Source of the DNA: Guillardia theta CCMP2712
Taxonomy: Eukaryota; Protista; Cryptophyta
NCBI RefSeq assembly: GCF_000315625.1
Contig: NW_005434611.1
Coordinates: 312,045 to 376,044, forward strand
Length of the DNA: 64,000 nt
Direction: 5' to 3'
Both the position numbers and the translations under genes were made by a program. Position 1 is the first letter of the stretch; each line of letters starts with the position of its first letter. Shown here piece by piece: positions 15,458 through 27,250 of this stretch. The notes beneath the pieces were generated by a model, which saw nothing but the letters and a program-made list of their open reading frames with translations, did no database searches and was not told the DNA's origin.

Positions 15458-18400
15458 ATGATTCCCCTCGGAAGACTTGCTTTTCTCTTCGCCATCTTGT
15501 TTTCGACGGTGGGAAGAACAACGGAGTCGGGCATACAGCCTATGTATCTTCGCGGGGGTGGCTTGTTCGGAAAGCGAGTAGGCGGGCGATACGGAGGCAC
15601 GGTGTTGCCTTCGGCACAGATCGAAGAGATGAAGGCAAGCGAACAAGCTCAGACTGCCGCTGAACCGGCAGGAAAGGCGGAGGAGGACAAGAGGGGCCTG
15701 ACAGCGAACGATGCGGTAGCGGAGCACGAGAGATCTGAAGGAGATCAGCAGGGAAGCGAGAAGAAGGTAGCAAACGAATCCCCATCGGAATCGTCTGCCA
15801 GCATCCGCTCCGTCGGGGATGCAAAGAACACCAGCGACGTTTCTCCGCAGAAGGTGAATGTGGTTGAGAAGGAGGCGGGGGCGAGGAGGAGGTAGAAGAG
15901 GAGGAGGAGGGGGAGGAGGTGGTGGTGGTGGTGGTCGAGGAGGAGGAGGAGTGAGAAAGTGGGGCAGGAATTCAACATGTCCTCGTCGAATCTTTTCGGC
16001 AGTGATCTCCATGAGAATTTCAAGTACATCTACATTGTATCCGACAGGTCAAAATCTCCTTGCCCAGCTAGCCAGTGACCTTGATTCCTGCAGCACCGGG
16101 TTTACAGCTTCACACGCACTCACCAGCGTCATGGTGGGCTGGTCGGCATTCCAGTCGCTCTTGTAACAAGTTGGTCCTCTAGGCTCAGTTCGACTCGCTC
16201 GCTGTCGACTGGAACGGGCAAGACAACAAGGCGAAGGAGAAGAGCGGGGGAGTGCCGGTCAGCCCTGCCGTCTCCTTCCCCTTGCACTTCCTGAGACTCT
16301 CAGCAGGAGGTCAGGACGCAAATGTTCAGCAACGTCAAGGACCTCGGAAGGCTCGACAGGATCGTTGCGCTGGCAGCGAAGATGGTAAGGGAGGAGGGGG
16401 AGAGAGGAGGAGGGAGATGGGACAAGGAGGATTACAGCACGAGAAGTAGAAGCAGAGAAGAAAGTTCAAGTTAACGATTTGAGTAGAGTGCATTCATTGT
16501 CTTCACGCTGGTAGACCCAGCACTTCATACCAGGCTCTTGAACCAGTGCCGCTTCTTCAAGGTCCTCCTCCTCCTCCCTCGACCTCCTCCTCCTCCTCCT
16601 CCTCCTCCTCCTCCTCCTCCTCCTCCTCCTCCTCCTCCTCCTCCTCCTCCATTGCGGCTTTTGTTGAACCTCAAATCCTGTAGGTCCCTCATCAAGACTT
16701 GCTCGGACCTCTTGTGCGCCACCTCTCTTCCTTCCTCGAGAAGGAGCCAACAGGTGAGGGCTACAGCAAGAAGATGGAGGAGGAGGAGGAGGAGGAGGAG
16801 GAGGAGGAGGAGGAGGAGGAGGAGGAGGAGAAATCTTATCTTCATAATCAGGGCTGCCAAGAGGGTCTGTTGGGACCAAGAGGAAGCCGCTCAGCGACAA
16901 GTACTTCAAGGTAGCGACCTCTAGCAGTCTTGTATGCTGATGGGGTACAACAGCGAGTAGAGGCTGTGGAGTTCACGATCAAGCAGGACGACGGCGCACA
17001 GGTGAGAAGCAGCAGCAGCAGGAGGAGGAGGAGGAAAGATGGAGCTCGGGAGGGGAGAAAGCTGAAGGTCAAGGCAGTGCCGAAACCTCCAAAAGGCGGA
17101 CGTGATTCTTCTCGGAGTGTCGCGCAGGCAAGAAGTAGCTAACGTTCTTCCTCCTCGCTGACTTTCTTTCCCCTTGTGCAGCTCAAAGACTCCTCTGTCT
17201 ATGTACCTCGCCCAGCAGTTCGGATACAAGGTGAGACCATCCGTTTCCTCGACCTCGCGCTCTGCATGCTAAGCGCCCGCCTCTTCTCCTTACATCGCCT
17301 CCTCGAATTCCTGCCATCCTATCTCACTCTCGTTTTCTTCCCTACTCCTGCTCTCCGTCCCTCCCTCTCTCCCTCTCTTCCTCCCTCCCTCCCCTTTCAT
17401 TCACGCAGGTCGCCAACGTGCCTCTGGTTCTCAACATTCAGCCGCCCTCTGAGATCTTCGAGGTCTAGAGCTTCCCTGAGCTCTCAGCTGTCACAACCTG
17501 TCCAGGTGGACCCCAGGAGAGTCTTCGGGCTGATCATCCAGCCGCAGTACCTGAGGCGGATCCGTACTCGACGGCTGGCAGGGACAGGGGTGGACACAGA
17601 GACCATCGGCAAGAGCATGGGGAGCTTCGACTACAGGTGGGGAGCCAGCTGGGGACTGACTCTGAGCTGACTCGATCCTCTGCCAGCAACATCAAGTACA
17701 TCCAGGAGGAGCTCAAGTGGGCTCGTGACTTGTATGCTGCTCACCCCGAGTGGTCCGTGGTGGACGTGACAGGACGAGCGGTGGAGGAGAACGCAGCGAT
17801 CATTGCCGAGCTGATGCCGGGGAAGCCGACGCCAGTAGAAGCTGCTCTGCATGCGCTGGACTGCAACTTCTTCATCCTGGAGCCGAGCAAGAAGTCGGTT
17901 GAGTTTCCAATCGTGTTTGCGAGCGACGGCTTCCTGCAAGCGACCGGCTACTCGAGGGAGGAGATCATTGGCAAGAGCGTCTTCATGCTGCACGGGCCCA
18001 ACACCGAGCGAGAGGTCATCACCAAGGTGCGGGAGCATCTGCGGGAAGGGAAGGAGGGACACTTTGAAATCCTCAACTATCGCAAGGACGGCTCGACCTT
18101 CAACAAGGACGTTCACCTGAGCCCCGTCCGCAACTTCGAAGGGGAAGTAGCCTTCATCTTCTGCACACAGGTAGAGCTAGAGCCCCTCGCTCCTGGCTTC
18201 AACCCCACCAGGAAGCCCGACGGGGCGGCGGCTCAGCCCACGGAGGAGGACGGAGACTTCAGGAGGGACCGGGTGGACAAGGAGAAGACGTCGGAGATCC
18301 TGAGGAGCGTACACCACCGGGGCTGGATCTCAGTGAGTATCTCCGATGCCTCCGTCCCCGGCATGCCCATCGTCTTCGCCTCCGAGGGCTTCTTCAAGAT

Positions 18401-18790
18401 GACCGGATACGAGCCGGCGGAAATCCTGGGGCACTCGCTGGAGAAGCTCTACGGGGCCGACTCTGACCCAACCACCGTCGCCATGATCCGAGAGGCGATG
18501 GAGACCCACCAGGCCGTCAGCACGTGCATCCTCAACTACCGCAAGGACGGGAGGAGCTTCTGGAACCACCTCAGCCTCCAGCCAGTTAGCGACTCGTCGG
18601 GCTCCCTCAGATACTACGTGGCTACCCAGGTGCTTCAAAATTCTCGCTATCATCCTCCCTTCCCGTTCTTGACCCTGTCCGGCAGTACACGGGAACGAGC
18701 GGGGTCGGCAATCTTGTTCGCGACTGCGGAGCAACATTTCCCTCAGGGCTGCAGACACACGCGTCCATCACTCCCTTCCTCCCGACCTGA
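15458..18790 (+). CDS. Pyruvate,phosphate dikinase regulatory protein (PDRP/PSRP, DUF299 kinase-pyrophosphorylase) fused to two C-terminal LOV-like PAS domains; N-terminal signal peptide; about 15 exons
   Basis: Spliced: KYIYIVSD|STGFTA..AFIVFTLVDP..DLLGPLV..LSDKYFK|RVEAVEFTIKQDDG..ADVILLGVSR|SSKTPLSMYLAQQFGYK|VANVPLV..VFGLIIQPQYLRRIRTRRL..Y|SNIKYIQEELKWARDLY..WSVVDVTGRAVEENAAII. The same exon continues into two PAS domains (PIVFASDGFLQATGYSREEIIG..NYRKDG..TQ and PIVFASEGFFKMTGY..NYRKDGRSFWN..TQ). Confidence 0.92.
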
Positions 18791-18799
18791 GCTGCTGCA

Positions 18800-20730
18800 A
18801 AGGAGACCATCGAGACCAAACTCCCTCCCCTCCTCTAGTTCCTGCGCGTGTCTTTTGTTTCTACCGGCATTACACGACTCGACTGCTACTCTCCTGCGCT
18901 CTTCTTCGGAAAGAACTTGGAAATGTCCAGCTGCTTTCCAGGTCACGGGAGCAGGAGACCGCACGCACTGTCACCTGCGAGCTCTTCTTCCCCGGCGTCG
19001 AGGCCTTGGACTTCTTCGTAGGCGGCTCCTCCGGGGGAATGGAGAGCGCGTAATCCTCGCAGAGCAGCTCCTGCGACTCCAGCGAGTCGAAGGCCTCTCG
19101 CTGTCGTCCATGTGAGGGGAGGAGGAGGAGAAATAGGTAGACATGGGGAAGGGGAGGAGGAGAAGCGCGAAGGTGGGAGAGGGGAGAGGAGGACGAGGAG
19201 GAGGAGAGCATTGCAGCTCACCCGGAGAAAGCCGAAGAGCTCAATCGACAATAGCCAGAGGGGATGCCGCTCGTGCTGCGGTCCGACACGCCGAATCCCT
19301 GAGGGAAGGAGGCGAGATGAAAGGATGAGACAAACGAGAAGAATGAGAAGAAGAGACGAAGTCAGTTACGAGAGGCAGACACAGATAGTCAGATCGATAG
19401 AGCGAGGAAGAGCAGCAGGCGACAGATCAAGGAGGAGGATGAGAATGAGAGGAAGTGACGAAGCACAGGCTATGTAATGCATGAGGACGGGGGGGATATG
19501 AAGGATGGAGAGGGAAGGATCGTATCGTACGTATGCTGGAGGTAAACGCTGGGAAATTCTGCACAGAGCAAAGGCAGTCAGGATGAGAAGGGAAGAGGGA
19601 AGAACAATCTCACCCCTAGCTCTGTGTCAATCTTGAAATGATGGAGGGTTTGCCGATTCCCGTCCAGGAGGTGGGAACTTTGCTGGTCAAGCAGCTCCCA
19701 TTCCCCCATCACCTTCTGCTCAATCACCCAATCCTTCAAGTACGTTCCGCAGTCCCTGCGGCCCCAGGCTTATAAGGAGGGTCTCACGAGGCAGGTTCGA
19801 GGAGGAGGAGGAGGAGGAGGAGGAGGAGGAGGAGGAGGAGGAGGATGTAAGTCCAAGGGGAGACAGACCTCGAGCCGTTTCGGAGGGAGTAGCTCTCAAC
19901 CCTCATCTCGAGTCCTCGTTTGAGAGAAAACTCGAAGAAGACATTGTCGTTATTATCCTCACTACCATCATCGTCAGCCCTTCTTTTCATCATCCCACAC
20001 TCTTACTCCGGCACGGCAACACACCCGTCGCCGCTCTTCTTGCCCGCTAGCATGTCCTCTGGCCGTCTGAAAGCAGCATCGTAGCCAGAGCTAGTCACCT
20101 CGATCACTCCGAACTTGACCGCCTTCTTGCCGAGAAAGTTGAAGATGCCTCGCTCCTCCCCTGGCCCTCCATCGAAGTGGCAGAGCGAGTCAGCCTTGGG
20201 GAGTTTCTCGAGAATGTGCGGGAGGTCACTGAAAGGATCGTTCGAGAGTTCGTCGTTACAGGAGGCATCGAGAAGAGATGCTGGCACAGCTGCGTGCTCC
20301 TCTTCCTCCACCTCCTCCACTTTATCCTCTCCCTTGTGCTCCGCGATATCCAGTGGGTCTTTATGCTTCTTTGATTTTCCGCGTTGGACTGTTGCGACGG
20401 TGTCTGGGTCTATCGGTTTGTGCGGGGTCTTGACATCGAGAGAAGAATCGGACAAAAGCTTGCATGCCCCTTCCTCCTTCTGCCTCGGTAGGAACAAGAG
20501 CTTTCCCGTGTAGTTGTTCAGGCTAATGGAAATATTGCCGTCTTGACACTGAAAACGCCCCGATCAGTCTTGTCATCTAGCGACATGTCAAGCAACCTGA
20601 ATCTGTGCGTTCTCGTACGTGGAAAGCTGTAGTTTGACTCCACCGACGAGCAGGTCAGGCATTGCGAACGAGTGCTTGTCGCAGATGAAAGGCTCATCGT
20701 GGTCACTAGACGCTGAATCACTAACATACA
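18800..20730 (-). CDS. Hypothetical protein with galactose-binding-like (F5/8C/discoidin-like) domain; multi-exon
   Basis: RGIFNFLG..IEVTSS..FFEFSLK..MRVESYSLRNG..YLKDWVIE..GEWELLDQQ..LLSIELFG resembles this beta-sandwich pattern. Boundaries are approximate. Confidence 0.5.
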
Positions 20731-20929
20731 TCATCTGCGAGTAGCCCGACATGACAGATAAAACCTTGTAGAAGCAATTCAGAGGTCAGCCTCGACTCAA
20801 GAGAAGGAAAGTTTGAGTGAAGCGAAGGAAAAATGAAGTAGAATTATCTGTTGATGTATCTTTTCTCTCTCCTCTCTAGATTCCCTCAAGTCTCTGCTTC
20901 CTACCAGTCTCGCTTCTGCTGGAGCTCCC

Positions 20930-21317
20930 ATTCTCATCTCATCTCATCTCTTCTCTTCTCTTCTCTTCTCATCTCTTCTCATCTCATCTCATCTCAACTC
21001 ATCTCATCTCATCTCATCTCAACTCATCTCAACTCATCTCAACTCTTCTCTTCTCATCTCAACTCATCTCATCTCATCTCATGTCATGTCATCTCATCTC
21101 ATCTCATCTCATGTCATGTCATCTCTTCTCATCTCATCTCTTCTCATCTCATCTCTTCTCATCTCCTCTCTTCTCATCTCATCTCATCTCATCTCATCTC
21201 ATCTCAATCATCTCATCTCTTCTCTTCTCTTCTCATCTCATCTCATCTCAACTCATCTCATGTCATCTCTTCTCATCTCATCTCTTCTCATCTCATCTCT
21301 TCTCATCTCATCTCATC
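20930..21317. repeat. Degenerate (TCTCA)n pentamer satellite
   Basis: About 75 pentamer units with TCTCT, ACTCA and TGTCA variants. Confidence 0.92.
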
Positions 21318-21559
21318 CTTCAGCACCATTCCTACAAATGGTATTGCCGGGTTGCGAAAGCTCCCGCCATGCGAGTGGCTCGGAAGTGAGTGGTCAGAGA
21401 GGGGATGTGGGAATTTTGCTAGTATCCGATAGGCTTTGAATGTCTACCGTACCGCCGGCCCGGCGGTGACTGAGCCTCGGAGCGGCCGGGCCCGATTCCG
21501 AAGACCGCAAGTGGAGATTCAGTGACGGTGATCGGACGCGTATAGAAATTACTTGCAGT

Positions 21560-23165
21560 CACTCAGGATGTTTTGTTGATGAAATCAGGCAAAGAAAGCC
21601 TGAAGGACAAACAGACCTCACTGCATCGCCTGTCAGGCTGTGACGTCAGAGCAATTCTTGTCAGAGCAGGAGGACTTGAACTGACCCGCCAGGCTCTCAA
21701 TGTCTCGAAGCACTCCTGCTTCAGCTCTGTCCGCAAGGTCACTCATGTGTCGCTCGACCGACTCTCCTGAAGCGTCACTTACCTTTCCTGCTGCTCTCAA
21801 GCGCGAAGAGGCGCATCTCCGTCTCTGACAGCTGCTGCTTCTTCACCTCCAGCTCGGCTCGAAGTCTTTCGCACTCTGCCCTGTAACTCTGCATTTCCTT
21901 TATCGCCTGCTCTTCCCGTCTCCTCGTCCAACTTTCCTCCCTCCTGCTCCTCGTTTCCATCTGCATTACCAGGTCCAAGTTACGTTGGCATTCCTGGAGA
22001 CACGATGAGTCTGAGCGCGCCGAGTCCTTGGCTTACCTCCGCGTTTCGGATGGATACGAGCAGCAGTTCACCGAACGACTCCTTCATCTCGCTGTTCTCC
22101 TCCATTTGACGCAGCCTCGCACGCAGCTCCTGCTCGTCTCTTCGATTCACTTCAGGGAGTGACCTGCACAGGTCTCAAGGAGGCAGGGCAACAGGTCGTT
22201 CGTTCCTCATCTCACATGCCCAGCACTCCTAACGCTAGACATGAAATCAGTTCTGAAGCTTGCTCCCTCCCTCACAACAGCCTCACCTCCCTCGCTCTTC
22301 CTTGACCTCTACCGCTGACAGCATTTTCAATCACTAAACTCTTCTGAGTTTTCCCTCTCCCTTCCACTTAGGTTCTAAAAGCTGCTTCCCCTTCCTTCCC
22401 GCCAGTCCATCATGTAGCAGCACGTTCCTACCTAGCGAGGGCGTTGGACCTTCTCTCTCTCAGCAGCGAGCTCGAGAGGCTTGCGACCCTCTTGGCGTAC
22501 TGCTCTTCCAGTTGTTCAACTTGAGCTTTCATGCTGAACGCCTCCTGGCTGTTGAGGAGCGCAAACTTCCACTCACACGCTTCCTCCACGTTTTCTGCCA
22601 TCAGAGCAACGTCCTCCTCTACTTGCTTGCCCCCGTTGGCGTCCAGTCTCAGGATGCGGAATCGATTCTTCTTCTTGGTGCTAAAGAGCACCTGGCATTT
22701 GCTGAGGTCCCACACGCTCCTGTTGCCCCTCATGCTTGCTCGCTCGGGCTGAATGTGGACAGCATTGTTTTCAAGGAGGCAGTGAACCACTTCCGAGTAT
22801 GACGACCATCCTCTGCCATTCTTCCTTCTCAAGCGCCCCTCCAGCCTGCTCCGCCTCGGCAGAATGGTGCGGGAAGCAAGCAGCATGTCATCCGTTCTCT
22901 CGTTCTCATGATCCTCCTGCTCCTCCCTCATCGAGCTCGACAAGTCAGCCATAGCGAGGGGAGGACTATCCAACGCACTGTCATGCTCCTCCTCCACTCC
23001 CACACCACTGTTGTCCTCCCCGCTCCACCTCCCCCTCTCCTTCCCCTCGTTCTTCCCTTCAGTCCTCTCCTCCTTCTGCATCTCCTTCCTCTCCCTCCAC
23101 TTCTCCTTATCTTCCTTCACATCCTCGTCCTCCTCTTGTGCTTCTCTCGCAACAGCATCTGCCAT
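21560..23165 (-). CDS. PH-domain plus coiled-coil protein; multi-exon
   Basis: RLEGRLRRKNGRGW..HCLLENNAV..WDLSKCQV..RFRIL..VALMAENVEEACEWKFAL follows the PH pattern, including the C-terminal helix Trp. Heptad-rich exons follow. Confidence 0.65.
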
Positions 23166-23445
23166 CAAGTACCATGTAACAGTAGCGACCGTAGCGACTG
23201 AGCTATAAACGATGGACAGCAAACAATTCAAGTCTTTTTTCCTCCTATGTAAATTGCTGCCCTCAAGTAAGGGTGAAGGAGGAATGCTGGAGCGAGGAGG
23301 GAGAGGGGCAGGAGGAGGAGGAGGAGGAAGAAGAGGAGGAGGAAGAGAGTATGCTTCACAAGATAATTAGTTCAAGAGACCGCTAGTAGACTTGGAGTTC
23401 TTGACCTCGGAGTTCTTTGTTCCATCTCCATCTCCTCCTGTCGCA

Positions 23446-24759
23446 ATGAACGGCTGGTGTACAGCAATGAAACGAAATCTCTGTGTAGCAGGGGGAGGAA
23501 GGAGACGCTACACCTCTCTGGTTCCCTCTTTCTACCTTGTTTCTGCTCAGAGAGCCGACACGATGACCCCGCACGTGCCTGTCCCATCAACCATCGAGCA
23601 GGTGGACAGGCACAAGCCCGTGGCTTTCATCCTGCATGGCATCCTCGGGAATGGAAGGAACTGGCTTCCCTTCGCTCGTGCCATGGCGCATCGCCTCCCT
23701 GACTGGCAGTTCCTCCTGCTCGACCTCCGAGGACATGGTGAGTCGCCAGCGCCGACACAGACCCGCCATACCTTAAGATGCTGCGCACGTGACGTGGAGC
23801 ATCTCGGGGAGAGGCTGGGGCGAGCAGCGGACGTGGTGATAGGGCACAGCTTCGGGGGCAAAGTGGCCATGGACTTGCTGGCCTGCGCTAGCCATCCTCC
23901 CAAGACCACGTGGGTGCTTGACAGCTGGATGCGGAGGATGCCCGTGGAGCGCTTGCTGATGCAGGAGGGAAAAGGGAGACCGGAAGAGGTCAACAGCATC
24001 ACGAACAACATGATCCCAGGATCTAGCGTGGAGGTCATGTCTATCATCGAAGACTTCCAGACGCCGATAGCTGAGAGGAAGATCGTCGCTGACAAGCTCT
24101 CTTCCCTCGGCTACTCCAAGGTAGAGATGCTTCGTCCACGCCTCGTGTTGATCGCATGAGCAGGCGACTTGTGCCTGGATGTTGTCGAATCTCAAGCAGG
24201 AGAAGGACAGCAAGGTTGCAAGACTGCCCTCCTCTTCCCCTTCCTCCCCATCTCCTGCCCTCCTACCCCCCGCCAACCCCTTCTCCTTCGCCTCCCATTC
24301 CTCTACGTTCTGCCTTCTATTCTTCCACCCTGCACTATCTTCATCCTTCCTCCTGCTTTTCGTCTTTTCGTCAGGTGATGCGCGTAGCAGGGGAACAAGG
24401 GATACGTCTGGCGCTTCGACCTGCGAGTGGCCAAGGAGCTGATCTTGGACGCGGCATCCGTCGACTCGATGCCTCTACTGCAGGTAAATCGAGCAGGAAG
24501 AGGAGAAGGGAGGGATGTTCCTGCTGGTGTTGGAGCGTGACTAGACCTTTAGGAACCGAGGGGGCATGTCGGCATCATCCGAGCAGGACACGGGCTGCGC
24601 TGGACGGCAGAAGCTGTGAAGGATCTCGAGGCGTGCGCGGAGAGGACGAGCCTGGTCAGAAGCTTCCTGCTACCCAACACAGGTCACTGGATCCACGTGG
24701 ACGCGCCGGAGGAGGTGATGAACATTCTGACTCCCTCCATGGAGAGAGTGCACTCATAA
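23446..24759 (+). CDS. Alpha/beta hydrolase, ABHD11/YbfF-like
   Basis: LHGILGNGRNW, LLDLRGHGES, nucleophile GHSFGG, and TGHWIHVDAPEEV in the last exon. Confidence 0.88.
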
Positions 24760-24775
24760 AGCATGCTCCAACGTT

Positions 24776-27250
24776 TCAATCCGAATCTCCGTCGCTCAGA
24801 TTCTCTTGCCCGTCCCCTGCATGCCGCCGCTCGTCCTCGTCCCCGTTGCCCTTCTCCCCTGCCTCCACGTCCAGCTCCACCTCTGCATTCCCGCGTTACC
24901 CCTCCTTCTCCTTCCCACCCCCTCCTCCTCCTCCTCTTCCTCTGTCACCTTGTCCTGGCGCGATCTCCCAGTGTACTCCATCCCCCACAGGCCCGCTGCC
25001 GTACACCGGCAGAGCCCACAACCTTGCAAGTCAACAGTCAACTTCCTTGCCCTTTCTCCTGTAAACTTTCACAGCTCACTGGTGCGGCTTGCTCTTGCTA
25101 CGATACTCTTCTCTCCCTCCCTCCCTCTCTGCCTCTTCCCCCTCCCCTCCTTCTTCTTATTCTCCTTCCATCCCTTCCTCCTCCCTCCTCCTCCGTCCTC
25201 CTCTTGGTTCGATCCTTTGTCTTCCTCCCTCAATCACCAGGGGTTGCGACCAAAGACGGACTCAAAGTTCTTCCTCCATCCGACATCATATCGTCTGTCG
25301 TCGGCTTCGATAGTCGTCTGCGAGCAATTAAGAGTGCAGAGAGCGGGCAGTAAGGTGGAGGAAAATGGTGGAGAAGGGAGGAGAGTGGATGGAAGAGAAG
25401 AGATAAGGGACTCCAGGAGGAGGGAGGAGGGAGGAGGGGCGAGAAAGAGATGGGAGGAGGGTGGAGGGAATCTCACCTGGTTGTAGTAGACAAAGCGAAG
25501 ATGGAAGAGGAAGAAGAGAGTAACGGCGAACGCGAGGGAGCAATCGACTGTAGGAGACTGAGAGGAACGCACAGGAGGGGAGAGGGAGAAGAGACGTACA
25601 TATAAAGGCCATGAATTTGAGGGGAGAGGGAAATCCATTGGAGTTGATGAGGAGGCCCTGGACCGAAAGAGGCCCGTGAATGAGCATGGCTGCAGGATAG
25701 TCAGAGGAAGCGCAGGGAATGGAAATTGGAGGGAGGGAGGAAAGGGAGGGGCAAGGAAGGAGAGCTGGATAGGTAAGGATAAGCTGAAGTCATCGACCTA
25801 GAACGAAGTCCAAGCAGCTCAAGACCACATAGAAGAGGAAGAGAATGAAAAACTGCAAAGAGATAATCAGCACCCCTCCTCCTCCTTCCTCTGCTTGCTA
25901 CTTTGCGGTTGTAAAATCCGACGCAGTTGACAACCCAAGGGCAAAAGTGATCCATGTTGAGGACGAGGCGCTGTCAGAGGATGAGCCTCGAGCAAGACGT
26001 AGGAGAGGAGAAAGGACGGGGAAGACTGAGGGAGGGGCCGAACGGGCCGGAAAATGAAAGGGCGGAAAGGAGGAGAGTGGCATTGAAGGAGAGGAGGTAC
26101 GAGAGAGCCGCACCCTTGTGATGGAGTCGAAGTGCGATCGAGGAGGTTTGTACATGTGACACTTGCGACAGATGCGATATCTTGACCTCTGTAGTGATGT
26201 CAACACAAGCCCAGCAAGACCGGAGCTGTACCAAGGGCGATCGGATGACAGCGTCATGCCATCGCTTCGGGACAGTTCCTGGATCGATGGCGACACATCT
26301 GACGACCCGTCAGCTCCTTCCTCTGCCTACCCAGCGCGCTCACTGGAAGTAGGAGACAAGCATGAGGAGTATGAGCAAGTGGAAGAGGGCGAGCTCGACT
26401 GTCAGGAAACGAGTGAGCGACAGTGCATGCCGTAAGAGAGAGGGTGTGCGATGGAGGAAAGGTTGAAGATAAGCTAGGGAAAGGGAAACAAGAGGAGGGG
26501 GGGGAGTGAAGGAGAAGGGTCATGAGCGAAAGGAGGAAGGATAAGAGGGAAGGGCGAAAGAAGTTGTGGGACGGGTGGGGAGAAGGGACAGACCAACAGA
26601 GGCGTCGGGAGTCTCGAAGACGTAAGCATAGTAGGTGAGACCCGTCAGACCCACGACGACGCCGATCATCGGAGACATGGACAATCTTTCATTGTTGGTC
26701 AGACAGCGAGAAGAATGTTGATTAAGTGAGGAAGAAGACGCGATGAGACAGGAGAGGTGGCAAGAACGACAAGAGGGGAATGGGGGAAGAAGTACAGTGA
26801 GGAGGTGGTGGAAGAGCAGGAGGAGGAGCAGGAGGAGGAGGAGCAGCAGCAGGAGGAGGAGGAGGCTCGCCTCACCTGTACACGCTGCATCCCGTGCAGT
26901 AGCTTGGAGGTTGGGGACAAGGATCCTGTGGTGTTGTTAGGAAGAAGATGCCTTCCTCGCTCCTCTAACCTCTGGGTCGCCTTTTTCAGGCAGCTGCTGG
27001 TAAGATTAGCAGAGCAGCGATGAGGATCGAGAAGGAGAAAGAAGGAAAGGCACCGGGTCATTGCACCGCAGACGCAGAAGCTCTTCAGCAGGGAGGAGGG
27101 AGGATCTACATATCGCATCAGTGCGGCAGCATCATGCCATGCTCTGATGTACCTCTCTATAGGGACGTCGCCTTCCCATTCCCCGCTGAAATTCCTCCGC
27201 TCGCCATCTGAGGCCCAGGTGAGCCCAGACGACGCATGCTTACGATTCAT
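24776..27250 (-). CDS. DHHC-family protein S-acyltransferase (DHFC variant); multi-exon, start uncertain
   Basis: DPG motif, CRKCHMYKPPRSHFDSITR|RLVLNMDHFCPWVVNCVGFYNRK|FFILFLFY, TTIE, YDVGWRKNFESVFG and GDG motifs. Confidence 0.9.

Noticed and set aside
17637-18629. Calling the LOV-LOV region a phototropin or aureochrome
   Set aside because: There is no AGC kinase or bZIP domain, the upstream domain is PDRP, and the photoactive Cys is absent.
18630-19115. C-terminal 160 aa of the 492-aa ORF as part of the PAS protein
   Set aside because: A GT-AG intron at 18630-18685 follows the terminal Gln of PAS2; splicing gives a short tail with a stop at 18790. The remainder overlaps the opposite-strand gene.
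20851-21439. His/Ser/Leu/Ile-rich ORFs
   Set aside because: Translations of the (TCTCA)n satellite.
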